The translations under genes and the position numbers were made by a program. Below are positions 12,236 to 24,607 of a DNA stretch of 64,000 nucleotides, piece after piece. The notes beneath the pieces are model-generated. The model was not told where the DNA came from and did no database searches. It was given only the letters and a program-made list of their open reading frames with translations. Source of the DNA: Neovahlkampfia damariscottae (Eukaryota); NCBI GenBank assembly GCA_016618085.1, contig JABLTG010000026.1:1-64000 (forward strand). The letters run 5' to 3'. Position 1 is the first letter of the stretch. Each line of letters opens with the position of its first letter.

Positions 12236-12429
12236 TTTTTTTGGAAAGGATTGGGAAATAATTGGTTGAAAAATTTTGGAAGGTTCTTAAATTTTATCAT
12301 TGAAAAATAACAATAATTTTATTGAGAAGAGTAATATTAAATTTTTGACAAAAATCCACCTAGTTCATTTATTGGTCAAAATATTTTGGAGTTTCAAGTT
12401 GAATATAAGAAGCACTTCAGGTTCAGAAG

Positions 12430-12827
12430 ATGGAAAAAAGAATAAAATCTTATGATAGAGATAGACCTATATATAATGAAACTGAATATAAAAAATATTT
12501 CGAAACAAGTGATTCATTTGAGAATCCTTTGATTGTAAAAGAAACTTTTGGTGAAAAGTAACCTAGGTTTATTAAATTAATTCTTCAATAGACCTCAAAG
12601 AATTGCCTGTCCTCATTGTGGTCAAGAAGGATTATCAGTTATAATTCGGTAATACTTTCCATTTTTAAATTTGAAGTGAAAATGGAACTTTTACATACAA
12701 ATCAGTATTATATTGTTCATTAGTTTGTTGTTGTTTATTTCCATTGATTTTACCTAATTTTAAAGATGTTGTTCATCACTGTTCAAATCCCAAATGTCTG
12801 AGAGTGGTTGGAAGAAAAATAAAATAA
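12430..12827 (+). CDS. LITAF-like zinc-ribbon protein; absent from the ORF track
   Basis: CPHC, hydrophobic CCCLFP, KDVVHHCSNPKC..VG after removing two tiny introns. Confidence 0.9.
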
Positions 12828-12973
12828 TTTTTTGAAAAGAGAATGATAATTATTGATGTTATCTGATTTGTATTTGATAATTGATTAAGACAACTTCTAT
12901 TTGAAAAATATCAAAAAATCAACAAATTTTATTGGTCAAAATCAATAAACCGATTTCAACGTTCACTCAAACA

Positions 12974-13534
12974 ATGTTCAAAAAAACACAAAGAGTACCA
13001 TCTGATGATGTAGATTCAATTCAATTTCAAAACAAAGAAACAAAAGATTTAAAAAACGAACTTGATGAAATGAAAAAAAAATATAAATTAGTGGAAAAAG
13101 AATTAGACAATGAAAAAATAAAAAATTTACAATTAAAAGGAGAAAATGAAAAACTGAAGGTAGACTTAGAGATTTCGAAAGAAGAGATTAAATCATTAAA
13201 AGTATTAAATTCAAACGAACCTCAACAAACAAAAGGGGGTATTTTTTCAAAGAAAAAAAAAGGTGATATTGTTGAAATAGAAGAAGGTATGAGTAAATCA
13301 CCAAGTAGTGGTGGTGGAATTTCTATCCCAAACCTTTTTAAAAAGAAATCAACCGAACCAAGTTTGGATGACTTTTTAGAAAAAGAAGAAATGAATGACA
13401 GTGAATATATGAGTCCTAGAAATGCAAACATATTCGAAGATGATTTTGGAGGTACTCAAACAAAACAATCAACTGGATTTAATTTATTTAAAAAAAAGAA
13501 AAAAGTTGATGAAGAACAAGTAAATGTTTGGTAA
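12974..13534 (+). CDS. Hypothetical coiled-coil protein
   Basis: Open frame with native codon usage, ATTGG box upstream, repeated FxKKK motifs. Confidence 0.6.
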   Translation: MFKKTQRVPSDDVDSIQFQNKETKDLKNELDEMKKKYKLVEKELDNEKIKNLQLKGENEKLKVDLEISKEEIKSLKVLNSNEPQQTKGGIFSKKKKGDIVEIEEGMSKSPSSGGGISIPNLFKKKSTEPSLDDFLEKEEMNDSEYMSPRNANIFEDDFGGTQTKQSTGFNLFKKKKKVDEEQVNVW

Positions 13535-13643
13535 TATCAGTCATCTTTTAATCCTATATTAACATATTTAAACATTGATATCTTTCTTTTTTTTAAATGA
13601 ACAAACTGATCTTAGTTTGATTCATCCAATCAAATCTAACTAC

Positions 13644-15308
13644 ATGTCCATTCACCCAACTTTTACCACAGGTGAGAAATTAATTATTTTAATCTTTGAA
13701 TAGGCCAAGAACTTTTAAACTACTTAAAAGATAATCAACCAAAAAACAAATTTGAATATTTTGTTGGTGTTGATGTTGGTGCAACTAATACAAGAATTGG
13801 TGAGTGAAGTCAAAAAACAATTAAATTTTTCAAAAAGGTATTGTATTTAAAATTGAAAATAAATATATATCTACACCAAGATATAAATTTAAATGCTCAA
13901 AAGTTCAATTTTTAATTGATAGTTTAAATAATTTAACACAAGAATTTGTTTATTTATTAAAACAAGATGCAAGTGGATGTTGTTTAGCAATAGCAGGACC
14001 TATTGAAGAAGGTGGTGATCAAGTATTAAATAATTTATATTCTTAAATAATTCTCTTTTTAGGTTACTATTACCAATTATGAAGGTGAAAATAAGAAACT
14101 ATTTAAAAGTGATTTACCAAAATCATTATCAAATAATATTTATTTAATTAATGATTTAGAAGCAGCTTGTTTTGGTATTATTAGTTTAAGTGAAGATAAT
14201 TTATTAGGAAAGTATTTTACTAATGCATGGGAAGAAGAAGTTAAAAATGAAAATATTAAATTGAAAAACTTTCATTGTAAAAATAGATAATATTAATAGT
14301 TTAGATTGTGTTTGTGCAATGGGTACAGGTTTAGGTACAGCTGTGATAAGGTATTATTATAATTATACTGAGTATATATATTTTAGATTTAATCCAAATG
14401 ATAAATCATTTTCTGTTCTTACATTAGAAGGTGGTCATTGTAAAGCAACATTCCCTGGTAGAAAAGCAGAAAATAGATCCAAAGATATGAAGAGATTAGA
14501 ATATTTGAGCAAAAATTTGTAAAAAAAAAAATGAATGATATATTTAATATATATTTAAAATAGATATAATTGTGAATATTCAATTGAATTTGAAGATATT
14601 TGTTCAGGTAGAGGATTACAATCTTGTTATGAATTTGAAATATTAGAACAAGAAAATGAAAAGAAATTAAATTCAGGTGAAAGTAAATCCAAATTGAATA
14701 TTACTTATCTTTTAGTTGCTAAAGCATCATTAGAAGGAAATAAATATGCTTTTGAAGCAATGTAAATATATTTATTATTTTTATAAATAGGATGGCTCAT
14801 TATAGATATTTAATGAAAGCAGCACAAAATATTTCAATAATGACTGTTTGTAAAGGTGTATTCTTTGCAGGTAAAATAATATTAAATTAGAATTATATAA
14901 ATAGGTGATAATCAAGTATTTATTTTTTTATTATTTTTTTAAATCATTAGGTATCTAATGAAGAATTCTTTTCAAAAAATGCGAAATATTTAGCATCACA
15001 ATTTACCGGACATGTAAAATCAGATTGGTTAGAAAAAATGGATGCATATAGACAAATTGAAATGTTTAATTTAAATTTATGGTATTTTATTTAAAATTGA
15101 TTCATTTAAAAATAGTGGAACATTTTATTATATTAAAACTCAAATGGAAAAGAATCAAGTTGAAAAAGTAACTACAAAATCAAAACATGATCATTCAATA
15201 ACTTTAGATGTTAAAAAACCATTGATTGCATTTGGTTTATCTTTCTTCACTTTATTTGGTTTAAATTATTTTTTAAATAAAAATGGAGATATTCAATCAA
15301 AATATTGA
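13644..15308 (+). CDS. Glucokinase (group A / bacterial-trypanosomatid type), 11 introns, C-terminal hydrophobic helix
   Basis: [52 protein letters not shown] motifs reconstructed by splicing. Confidence 0.9.
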
Positions 15309-15378
15309 ATAATTTAAATATTATATTCATTTATTTTTTCAACCAATCATCTAGTAGTACTTTTGATTATAGTTGTGT

Positions 15379-16938
15379 ATGATAAAGAATTGTGAAACAG
15401 TAATAGATGAATCTATTTTATCAAAAATGAGAATATATAAAAGTCAAAAATCAATATCTAAATATAACAAAGAAGGACAATTAGTTCTATTATTTTTTAT
15501 GAGGTAATAATTATTATTATATAATTTTGAATAACTTATTAAAGATATCTTGGATGTATACATACACAAGGATTAATTAATGATATATTTGAAACTGAAA
15601 AAGAATTATTAAAATTAAATGTAACTATATATACTTTCTATTAATAGAATTTAGATTGTTAAATAATTAAATATTTTATTAATATTTTAGATACCAGTAT
15701 TATGTTTTCAAGAGAATGAGACTATTATATTAGAATATTTTAAAGAAAAGAAAAAGAGTTTAAATTTTATATGTGATGAGAAATTAAGATTTAGAAATTC
15801 ATTTAATAAATTGAATAAAAATGAAATAAAAAAGAATAGTAATATAAATGAATCTATAATAGAAATATTAAGATTAAAAAATGAAGGTATAACTCAAATA
15901 AAGAAATATACATTAAATAGAAAGAATATATTAAATAATTTAAATGTTGAATGTTATTTAATTCAAAATTTAAAAATAGTACAAGAGATAAAATATGAAT
16001 ATTTATATGATAGATTAGATATATTCTCATTTGTAATTGATCCAAATTTATTTGGTGATATTGAAAAATATTCAATTTGTAATTTAGGTTTATTTTATTC
16101 AAAAAATGAATTAGAATTTAAAAAGAATAATAAAATGAGAATATCAAAACAAAGAATAAATAAAAAAGAAGAAGAAGAAAAAATAAAAGAATTAATTAAA
16201 GATAAAGAAAATTTAAAAAATATATTTTCAAAAGAAGAACAACAAAATATACCAATTTTAAATAATATGTTACAAAGAAAAACATTTATGATTTATTCAA
16301 AAAATAATGAAATAAAACAAAAAGAAAAAGATGATGAAATTTATTCAATTGAAAATTATACACTAACCAATGAAATTAAAGAAAAGAAAAATAAATATAA
16401 TTTATTTAAATCATCAACAGAAATTGAAGATATTGATGATATATATAATTCAAAATGTATTGAATATTCAATGAATGATATTTTAAATGATAATAATTTA
16501 TATCCTTATTTTAAAGTATTTTTATCCATTGAAAATTTATCAGAATATTTTATATTTTATGAAGAATATTTATTTTTTAAAAATGAGTTAAATAATATTA
16601 AATATATTAATAATGATTTATTTGAAAAACAAAAAGAATTTATTTCTAATTTCTTTTTAATATTTTTTGATCCAGAATCAATATTATTTTTAAATTTAAC
16701 TGATGAAAATAGAAAAGATTTTAATTTAAAATTTAATGAACAAATGATAAAACAAGAATTTAATTATACTTTATTTGATTCTATTTTAAAGATTGTAAAA
16801 ATAAAATTTGAAGAGATTGAAATAGAATTTAAAAATTCAATTTACTATGAAATGATATTTAATGAAAATATAAGTAAAAGAGATTCATTTTTAATTTATT
16901 ATTTTTTTAATTTTTTAAATTTTAAATTTGAAAAATAA
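15379..16938 (+). CDS. Peroxiredoxin-like (AhpC/TSA-2, PRXL2-type) domain fused to a C-terminal RGS domain
   Basis: VLLFFMRYLGCIHT...LKLNIIPVLCFQE at the N-terminus; ILND..LYPYFKVFLSIENLSEYFIFY RGS helix pattern. Confidence 0.6.
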
Positions 16939-18386
16939 CCATCTTCATTGTTTCTTTTTAAAGATGGTACTTTAAATTCATCAGTAGTAGTATTAAATGC
17001 AGATGATGTTGTAAATCCAGATGATGTTGAAATACCTGATGATGTTGTAAATCCAGATGATGTTTCATTTAATTTATTCATTGCAGTAGATGATCCATTC
17101 TTTGATTTATTTTCCCATTCTTTCTTTTTTATTTTTGTTTTTGATTTCATTTTTATATTACCATATCCTTCTATACCTAACATACCAAAACCTTTTCCTG
17201 TTTCAAAATCTTCAACTTGTTGATCAATACCAAATGATATTCTATTCGCTTTTTTCATCATTAAAGTTGGTTTATATTTTTCTTTCATTCTTCTTGCATT
17301 TTTACCACCTCTTCTCGTTTTTGCTTTTTCAATTGGTACAGGTAATGGTTTTTCTTGTTTTGCAGGAGGTGGTATTTGTAATTTTTCAATTGCAATTTCA
17401 ATTTCTCTTTTTAAATTTTCACCTGATTTTAAATTATCATTTGTGTCATCATCAAATTGTTTTGAATTTGAAAATGAATCAATTCTTGATGCAATAGATG
17501 ATTTCATTGAAACTATTCTTGATACTTTCTTTCTTAAATTTGGTGGTGAATTTTGAACAAAATCACATTCACCAATAAAACCATATTGATTAATCATTGA
17601 TTTTGAAGAGAATCCAGTTAAATTCTTTTTTGATCTTCCTAATAATTGTAAATTTGGTGCAGGTATTTTTGATAATTCTTCTAAACCACCTGCTGAACCA
17701 ATCAATTGACTTGCTATTTTTGTACCAACAATTAAACTTAAATTTGGTGCAACTAAATTCATTCTTGATGTAATATAATTTAATATTTCTTTTTTTATTT
17801 TTTCTAATTTTAATATTTCATCACATATTTTAAATATTAATTCTTCTTCTTTTTTATTTGAAAATTCATTTATTTTTGATGTTGAAAATGTAATCTTTAA
17901 AACAATACAAATAGAAGATGGTAATATATCTGAAAAATCAATTGATGAAATATCTTTTAAATTTCCAATCTTTTTTATAACTCTACAATAATCTAATGGA
18001 TTCAATATTTGTTCTTCTAATTCTTTAAACTTTTTAGAATATAATTTTTTTAAATTGTAATGTAAATTTATTATTTCTTCATCTATTTTTAATATTATCA
18101 TATTATTTTTTAACACAAACTCATATTCTTCATCTTCTTTAAAACTCTTTCCAATTTTTAATACCTTTTCATCTTTCATATAATTTTGAATCTTTTTTAA
18201 ATTATCATTTAAACTTTCACTAAATTGAAAATTAACTTCTTTTTCTTTTTCTTTTTCTTCTTCTTCTTCTTGTATCATTTTATCTTCTTTTTCTTCTTCA
18301 GATGTTTCATCTTCTTCTTCTTGTTTTTCATGATCACTTTCAAAATCTTCAAGGAATTCATCCACAAGAGTTGACTTCTTTTCCAT
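16899..18386 (-). CDS. PRPF31: U4/U6 snRNP protein Prp31
   Basis: NOSIC and Nop domains (YSKKFKELE, APNLSLIVG, AGGLEELSKIPA), KPLPVP..KTRRGGK, ANRISFG. Confidence 0.96.
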   Translation of the reverse strand: MEKKSTLVDEFLEDFESDHEKQEEEDETSEEEKEDKMIQEEEEEKEKEKEVNFQFSESLNDNLKKIQNYMKDEKVLKIGKSFKEDEEYEFVLKNNMIILKIDEEIINLHYNLKKLYSKKFKELEEQILNPLDYCRVIKKIGNLKDISSIDFSDILPSSICIVLKITFSTSKINEFSNKKEEELIFKICDEILKLEKIKKEILNYITSRMNLVAPNLSLIVGTKIASQLIGSAGGLEELSKIPAPNLQLLGRSKKNLTGFSSKSMINQYGFIGECDFVQNSPPNLRKKVSRIVSMKSSIASRIDSFSNSKQFDDDTNDNLKSGENLKREIEIAIEKLQIPPPAKQEKPLPVPIEKAKTRRGGKNARRMKEKYKPTLMMKKANRISFGIDQQVEDFETGKGFGMLGIEGYGNIKMKSKTKIKKKEWENKSKNGSSTAMNKLNETSSGFTTSSGISTSSGFTTSSAFNTTTDEFKVPSLKRNNEDGYFSNLKFKKLKK

Positions 18387-18443
18387 TTTTTTTACTTCTT
18401 TGTAAATTGAATTTAAAAGAAAGATGATTGGATAATATTTTTA

Positions 18444-20023
18444 TTATTTCATTTCATCAAATTTTCTTTTCTTTGAATCATCTTCTGGTTTTTGAAATAT
18501 TGAATAGTACCAATTAATGTTTGAAGGTTTTGAATAATTATCCAATAATTGAATGAAACCCAAGTCTTTTAATTTTGATGACCATTCTTTTTGAGAGAAA
18601 TAAGTTGCATAATAAGTATCTAAAAAATCAGGCCATTCCTGTGGATTTGACAATACTAATGCATATAAACCATGTACAATCTAAAATATTTTAAATAAAT
18701 AAAAAAGAACATCTAAAAATATATTAAAATTCTTTTCATTTGAATCATGTTCTCTGATAAATAAATATGATCCTGGTTTTAAAATTCTATATATTTCATT
18801 TAAATTTTCATCTAAATTTTTAATATGATGAAGAGACATTAAACAAAAAATAATTGAAAATTCATTATTTTCAAAAGGTAATTGTTTTGAATTTTCATTT
18901 AAAAGAATAAAATTAAAGTCATCCTTTTTAATTATTTTTCTAATATCACATCCATATATATTTTTAAAATTTAAATTATTTCCCAATTCCCTCGTTCTTT
19001 TTAATTGGTTAATTAAAATAATATTTACATTTCACCATCTGCACATCCAAAATCTAACATTGAACCATTTATATTTAATTTAATTTTATTAAAATTTAAA
19101 ATATCTTCAATTTCTTGTACTCTGTAATTTTTTCGTTTTTCTTCTTTTTTTTCTTCTTTTTGTTCATATTTATTAATATTCTGTTGTGAATGAATTAATT
19201 TAAATAAAGATTCATATATTTTATCATCTCCTTTATTTAAATTATTTTTGATTAAATAAAAACATTCATTGGTCAATTTTATATTACAATTTAATTTTGA
19301 TTTCAAGAATTTAAATAATTTATCTTTTAAATTTTTAAATAAAAATAATTCTTTAAATTGAAAATTACATTGAACTGATAATAAATGATTTGACTGATTA
19401 ATTAATTTATTATTTTCAATTGAATAATGAATTAAATTTAAATTTTCATTTTTTATTGATTTAATTAAATGTTTAATTTCTGATGTATTTTCATTTGAAT
19501 TATTTACAAAAAATAAAGGAATTGAATTTGATTTCAAATAATTTAAATAATCATTTACTGAATAATTATCATTGGTTGAATTATAAAATACAATTGTTCT
19601 TGGTGTTTCATTTAAATAATCATATTTTAAAAAATTCATTAAATTCTTTTTTAAAAATATAACATGATTTAATAAATTATATTCATTCAAATTATTTTTT
19701 ATTTTTTCAATAATTTGTTCATCTTGCTCACAAACAAATATTTTATCAAAGGTATTTTTAAATTTTGAAAATATAATTATTATTTGACCATATTGTTCAC
19801 ATGAATTCATTACTATATTATTTGTACTTCCATTTGAATATGATGTTGGTGGACATATTCTTTTTTGTTCTTCCAAAACAAAATCTAATTTTTTGATTAT
19901 CTCTTTATATGAATCAACAATACACACTTTATTGTTATACATTAGATTTTTATAATTTATATTTCTTGAACTTGAAGGTGGAAATATTTTCCTTTTTTCT
20001 TCTTCCTCTTTATTTTTGTTCAT
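18444..20023 (-). CDS. Class I SAM-dependent methyltransferase, with a possible second degenerate MTase fold at the N-terminus
   Basis: MLDFGCADGEIT, LPFENNEF, MSLHHI, EIYRILKPG, IREHD; two introns. Confidence 0.8.
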
Positions 20024-20061
20024 TTTAAAAAAGATGTTTTGGGTTTTGATTGGTTGAATTT

Positions 20062-20937
20062 TTATTTATATTTTGATTTTAATTCTTCAATTTCTTTTTC
20101 ATGTTGAATTTTTTGTTGCATATACATTTGTTTATAAAAATCAACACCATAATTTCTTCCTTTTTCATTTGTTAATTTGAAAATATAATCATCATATTCA
20201 TTCTTGATTTTTTGCACATTTTGAAAGTGAATTTTATCTTTTTTCAAAAGTTCTGCATTCAATAATTTTATTTCTTTTTCTTTTTCTTTCAAAATATTTG
20301 AAATGTTTTCACCTATATTATTTAAAATTGAATGTAAGAAAACATTTTTCAAAAATGATGTCTCTTTCCATTATCTTTTCTTTAGTGATTTGTAGTAATT
20401 GTTTCATTATTAAATCACTCATGGATATTTAATTTTTTATTTTTGGTACCAATCTTTTTGATTCATCCCACATTCTTCAACTATTTGGCAAATTTTCACA
20501 AACAAAAACTTAAAATGATTTAAAATTTGAATTGAAGCTTTTTGAATATTTTTTTCAATGATGTCAAGTGATTTTTCCAAGTGACAGATTGAAATTTCGG
20601 CCATTTCTAATTTTTGACTGGACACTTGATTCCTTTCAATAAACGAAGAAAATTCAGCGCGCATAAAATTATTCAAATTATTCAATTCCATCATTTTTGA
20701 GTCGCATTCTGAATTTTAAAATTCTTAATATTACCATTTTGTAAAGTTTCAATGAGTTGTTGACTGATGATTTGTTTTTGGTTTTGAATTTGAATTGTCA
20801 TGCGCAAACTATTTTCTTCTTTCTTTTGTTCCATAAAAACCTTGTCCATGGATTTAATTGGGATTACTTTGTACCTTTTCAAGATTTTGCCAGTTCAACT
20901 TCAACTCTTGAACTTGTTGTTTGGTAAGATGTTTCAT
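20062..20937 (-). CDS. Hypothetical coiled-coil protein (4 introns)
   Basis: ORF-track pieces join in frame through canonical tiny introns from ATG 20937. Confidence 0.6.
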
Positions 20938-21126
20938 TCTCTTGATGCAAAGTGATTGGTTGAAAAAATCCGTTATTTTTTTCAAAAACAAATAGTACTA
21001 TTTTGATTCAAAAGTCTCTTTTTTGACAAAAAAATCTGAGTTCAACTAAAGTCCAATCAGCGCAAAAAAAATTAACCAATAAAACCGGAATAAAATCATC
21101 AACAAAAATTTTATTTCATACTCTCA

Positions 21127-22538
21127 ATGATGGATGATCCAAATAAAAAACAGCCAAAAAAGAGAAGGAATTCCTTAAAAAGTGAGGATGGCAGTGAAAC
21201 AACACCAAACAAACTGAAAAAGTTTGCAAAAAATTTTGCTAAAAAAAGTAGTGGTAAAAAAAAAACTCAACCACGGTCAAATGGAAAATTTCAAAAAAAA
21301 GATTTAAAACAGTTGACCTTGAAAAGGTTCACTAAAAAAGAGAATAAAGAAGAAGATGTTTTCGATACTTTTTTCGAAGTGGTTTTGAATGGTAATACAA
21401 CAAAATCATGGACAATTGCTGAATTATATGATTTAAAAAAAGAATTAAATGAAAATTTAAAACAATTAGAAAATGATATTGTACAAAAAAATGAAAAAAC
21501 AATAAATTTAGAAAAGTAAAAAAAAAAAAAATAAATTAAATTTTAGGACCAATTTTGAGAGAGCATCAAAAAAAAGAAAACGAGAAATAACACCACCAAT
21601 AACAACAGAAATACAAAGTATTGATACAAAACTTAATAAAATTAATGAAAATATGATTGAAGAAATGGAAGAGGAGGAAGAAGATGAAGAAGATGAAGAA
21701 GAAGAAGAAGAAGAGGACTTTGAAGAATTTGAAAATGTACCAAATAAAAGAAGAAATCAAAATGAATTTTGGAATTATATTGAAACCTATTTTGTACCAA
21801 TAACTTCAATTGAAAAATTAAATTATTTACAACCAAAAGCTATTGATTTAAATTTTGAAATACCACCTTTAGGAAAACATTATTCTGAAGTAGTTTAAAA
21901 AAAATATTAAAAATTAGGATTGGATGGATGAAGATTCAGAAATGTATCATGAAAATGAAAATAAAAAGAAAATAAAAAATAAAAAAATAAATTCAATGGG
22001 AGAAATAAAAAGTGATGAATTAAATTTAGAAATAGCATCTGAATCATTAGAATCTAATAATTTAATACAAAGATTATTATCAACTTTGATTGATGAAAAT
22101 AATATAAAAGGATCATCTTCGTCAAGAAAAAGAACAAAATTAAAAAAGATAGATGATGATTTTTTGAATGAAGATGTTGATAATGATGATATTTCAATTT
22201 CAACCAATGATTATACACCAAAAGCATTAAAATATTTTGGTGATAAAATGTGGAATGAATTAAAAGGTTTAGGTATATCATCATCACCATCTTTAATGAA
22301 TGAACAAAGAAATCAACATCAAATATTAAGTTCAGAGAATGATGAAATATCAAAAGAAATTAAATTATTACAAGATAGATTAAAAGAACAACATTCAAGA
22401 AATGAAGAAAAGAAATTAAAAGTATTAAAAATTACAAAAGATTCAATTCAAATTGAAAGAAAAATACAAAAGAAATTCCAAGAATATAAACAAATTGATA
22501 AAGAATATAAACAATTAACAAAAAAGAAGAAATTATAA
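21127..22538 (+). CDS. TADA3: Transcriptional adaptor ADA3 (SAGA/ATAC subunit)
   Basis: FWNYIETYF, IPPLGKHY, LIQRLLSTLIDE, ENDEISKEIKLLQ. Confidence 0.85.
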
Positions 22539-22560
22539 AATATATTTTAAATTCTTCTTT

Positions 22561-24393
22561 TTATTGTATTGGAAATATACCTGTATCTTTTCTTTTTAAT
22601 CTTTTATCATTCTCTATTTCTTCATCACTAATCTCTTCTTCTTCAGTTAATTCATTATTAGATTCAATATCTATATTTATTTGACTTAGGGTTAGATTTA
22701 GGGATTGACTATCACTTTTAGTTTCAGTTTTAGTTTGATCACCACTTTCATCACTTTTGGTTTGAGATTGAGTTTGAGATTGTGATTGTTGAATTTGATA
22801 TTGTATTTTTTGATTAATTAAATCAATATTTGATATTTTATTAAAGAATAAACTTCCTTTTTTGTTTTGAATATTTAAATTTTCTTTATAAAATAGTAGA
22901 ACTACTTCATTCCAACCTTTAATTTTATTTAAATGAAGAGATTCAATCTTTTCAATTAAAAGTAATAAATGACCATTTAATAAATAATTTCTTTGATTTA
23001 TATATTCAAGTATTTTATATTCTAATTTACATTCATTAAAAATTAAATGAATTAAATCTTTATCATTCTCAAAAAATATGATTGAAATAATTTTATAATA
23101 AAATGAATGTAATATATCATTTTGTTCATGAATAAAATATAAATTCTAAATTATATATTTTAGTATTATATTTATAATTACTGTTATTTCTTGTAAAAAT
23201 TCAGATTCAATTAAAAAAAAAGAGAACTTATTATTTGATATTCTCTTTAAATATTTAATAGATCTAATTAAATTTAAAAAGAATTCAATTAAATTTAATC
23301 TTAATAAACCTAATGGATTATTTATATTTAAATTTGTTGTTTGAATTGAATTTAAATTTAAATATTTAATAGATTCTTTTTTTAGAAATGTATTAACCAA
23401 TGATTTTAAACTTTTAAAAATAAATAATATAAAATTTGAATCATAATTATAATCACATTTTGATAATATTAATTCAATTACTTTTAATGAATAAAATATA
23501 ATTTCTTCATTTTTTTGATTTAAAATATTTGAAATAATTAAATCACTTTTAGAAATTAAATGATCAGAAAATGAATCTTGTAAAAGTAACATTGAATTTT
23601 GTGTTGTTTCTTCAATAAATAATTGATTAATTAAAATTAAAATAAATTCTTCTTTTTGTTGTTGTTTAGTGATACAAATAGATGAATAGAGTATACTTGA
23701 ATTTATTATTAGGTCTTGATGAGATTGTATTTGACTTTGTAATTGATTATTTGAATATGATATATTTTTATCAGTGTTATATTCAATTATTTTATATTTA
23801 TTCATTAAACTATTTCTTTTTTTTGAGTTATTCAAATTTGAAAATAATAAAATGAAAAATTGTTTCATTTCAATTTTTTGTACATTTTTTAAAAAATATT
23901 TTAGAATATATTGATTTGAGTATAAATAATTTAATAATTTATATTTAATTGAATCATCTTCTAAATATGTCGAAAGTATTTTTATAAATTCTAAATTTTC
24001 GTATATTCTCTTTTCATTCTCTTCTTCTATACAATATTTAAAAAAATGTGTAGAATATAATTCAATAATAATAGAAGATAGATATTTAATTCCAATAGGT
24101 GATACTAAAATTGAAAAACAAATATCCTTTTCTCTTTTTCCTTCTTTTTCATTCAAAATATACGAAAATATATCTAAAAGGATTTCTTTTTTTTGTAGAC
24201 TACAAAATGATTTAATTTTGGTTATTTACTGCATTATAAATTTAATATCATTCAAATCAATCAATTTTAAAAGCAAATGTTCTTCAATTTGAAAGAGTTC
24301 TTCTAATCCCACGAAATAATCAGGTTCTCTGTCGATTTTAAAGGTTGGAAAAATAGATTTGAAGACTTTTTTTAAAGTATTGGTAAGGCTCAT
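22561..24393 (-). CDS. SIT4/PP6 phosphatase-associated (SAPS) family-like protein
   Basis: PLGLLRLNLIEF, NDILHSF, NGHLL motifs; two introns. Confidence 0.65.
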
Positions 24394-24607
24394 TGATCGT
24401 TCCGCAAATAAACTCTGGTCACTCTTTTTCTTCTATTTGTTTTGAACTTGAGCGGAGAGTTGTTGATTGGTTAAAAATATTGGAATCATCAAGCCAGAAT
24501 TTTGATCAACTTAGATTTTGATTATTTGTGAGAACAAACACTCAATCAAAATAAAATTAATTTCCAATTTTGGAGTTTTTTGCGTCCAATCAAAACGAAA
24601 TTTTGAG

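Noticed and set aside
16995..17065. 18-bp tandem repeat in the PRP31 3' region (SSGFTT)
   Set aside because: Simple coding expansion of the Ser/Gly/Thr-rich Prp31 tail; no sign of an independent element
16948..17497. Plus-strand ORFs inside PRP31, and similar antisense ORFs at 13222, 21947, 38907, 62412 and 63256
   Set aside because: Antisense shadows of well-supported genes with low-complexity, biased composition
22685..22705. TTAGGGTTAGATTTAGGG telomere-like patch
   Set aside because: Lies inside the SAPS-like CDS (encodes a Pro/Asn/Ser-rich linker), is short and does not match this genome's telomere unit
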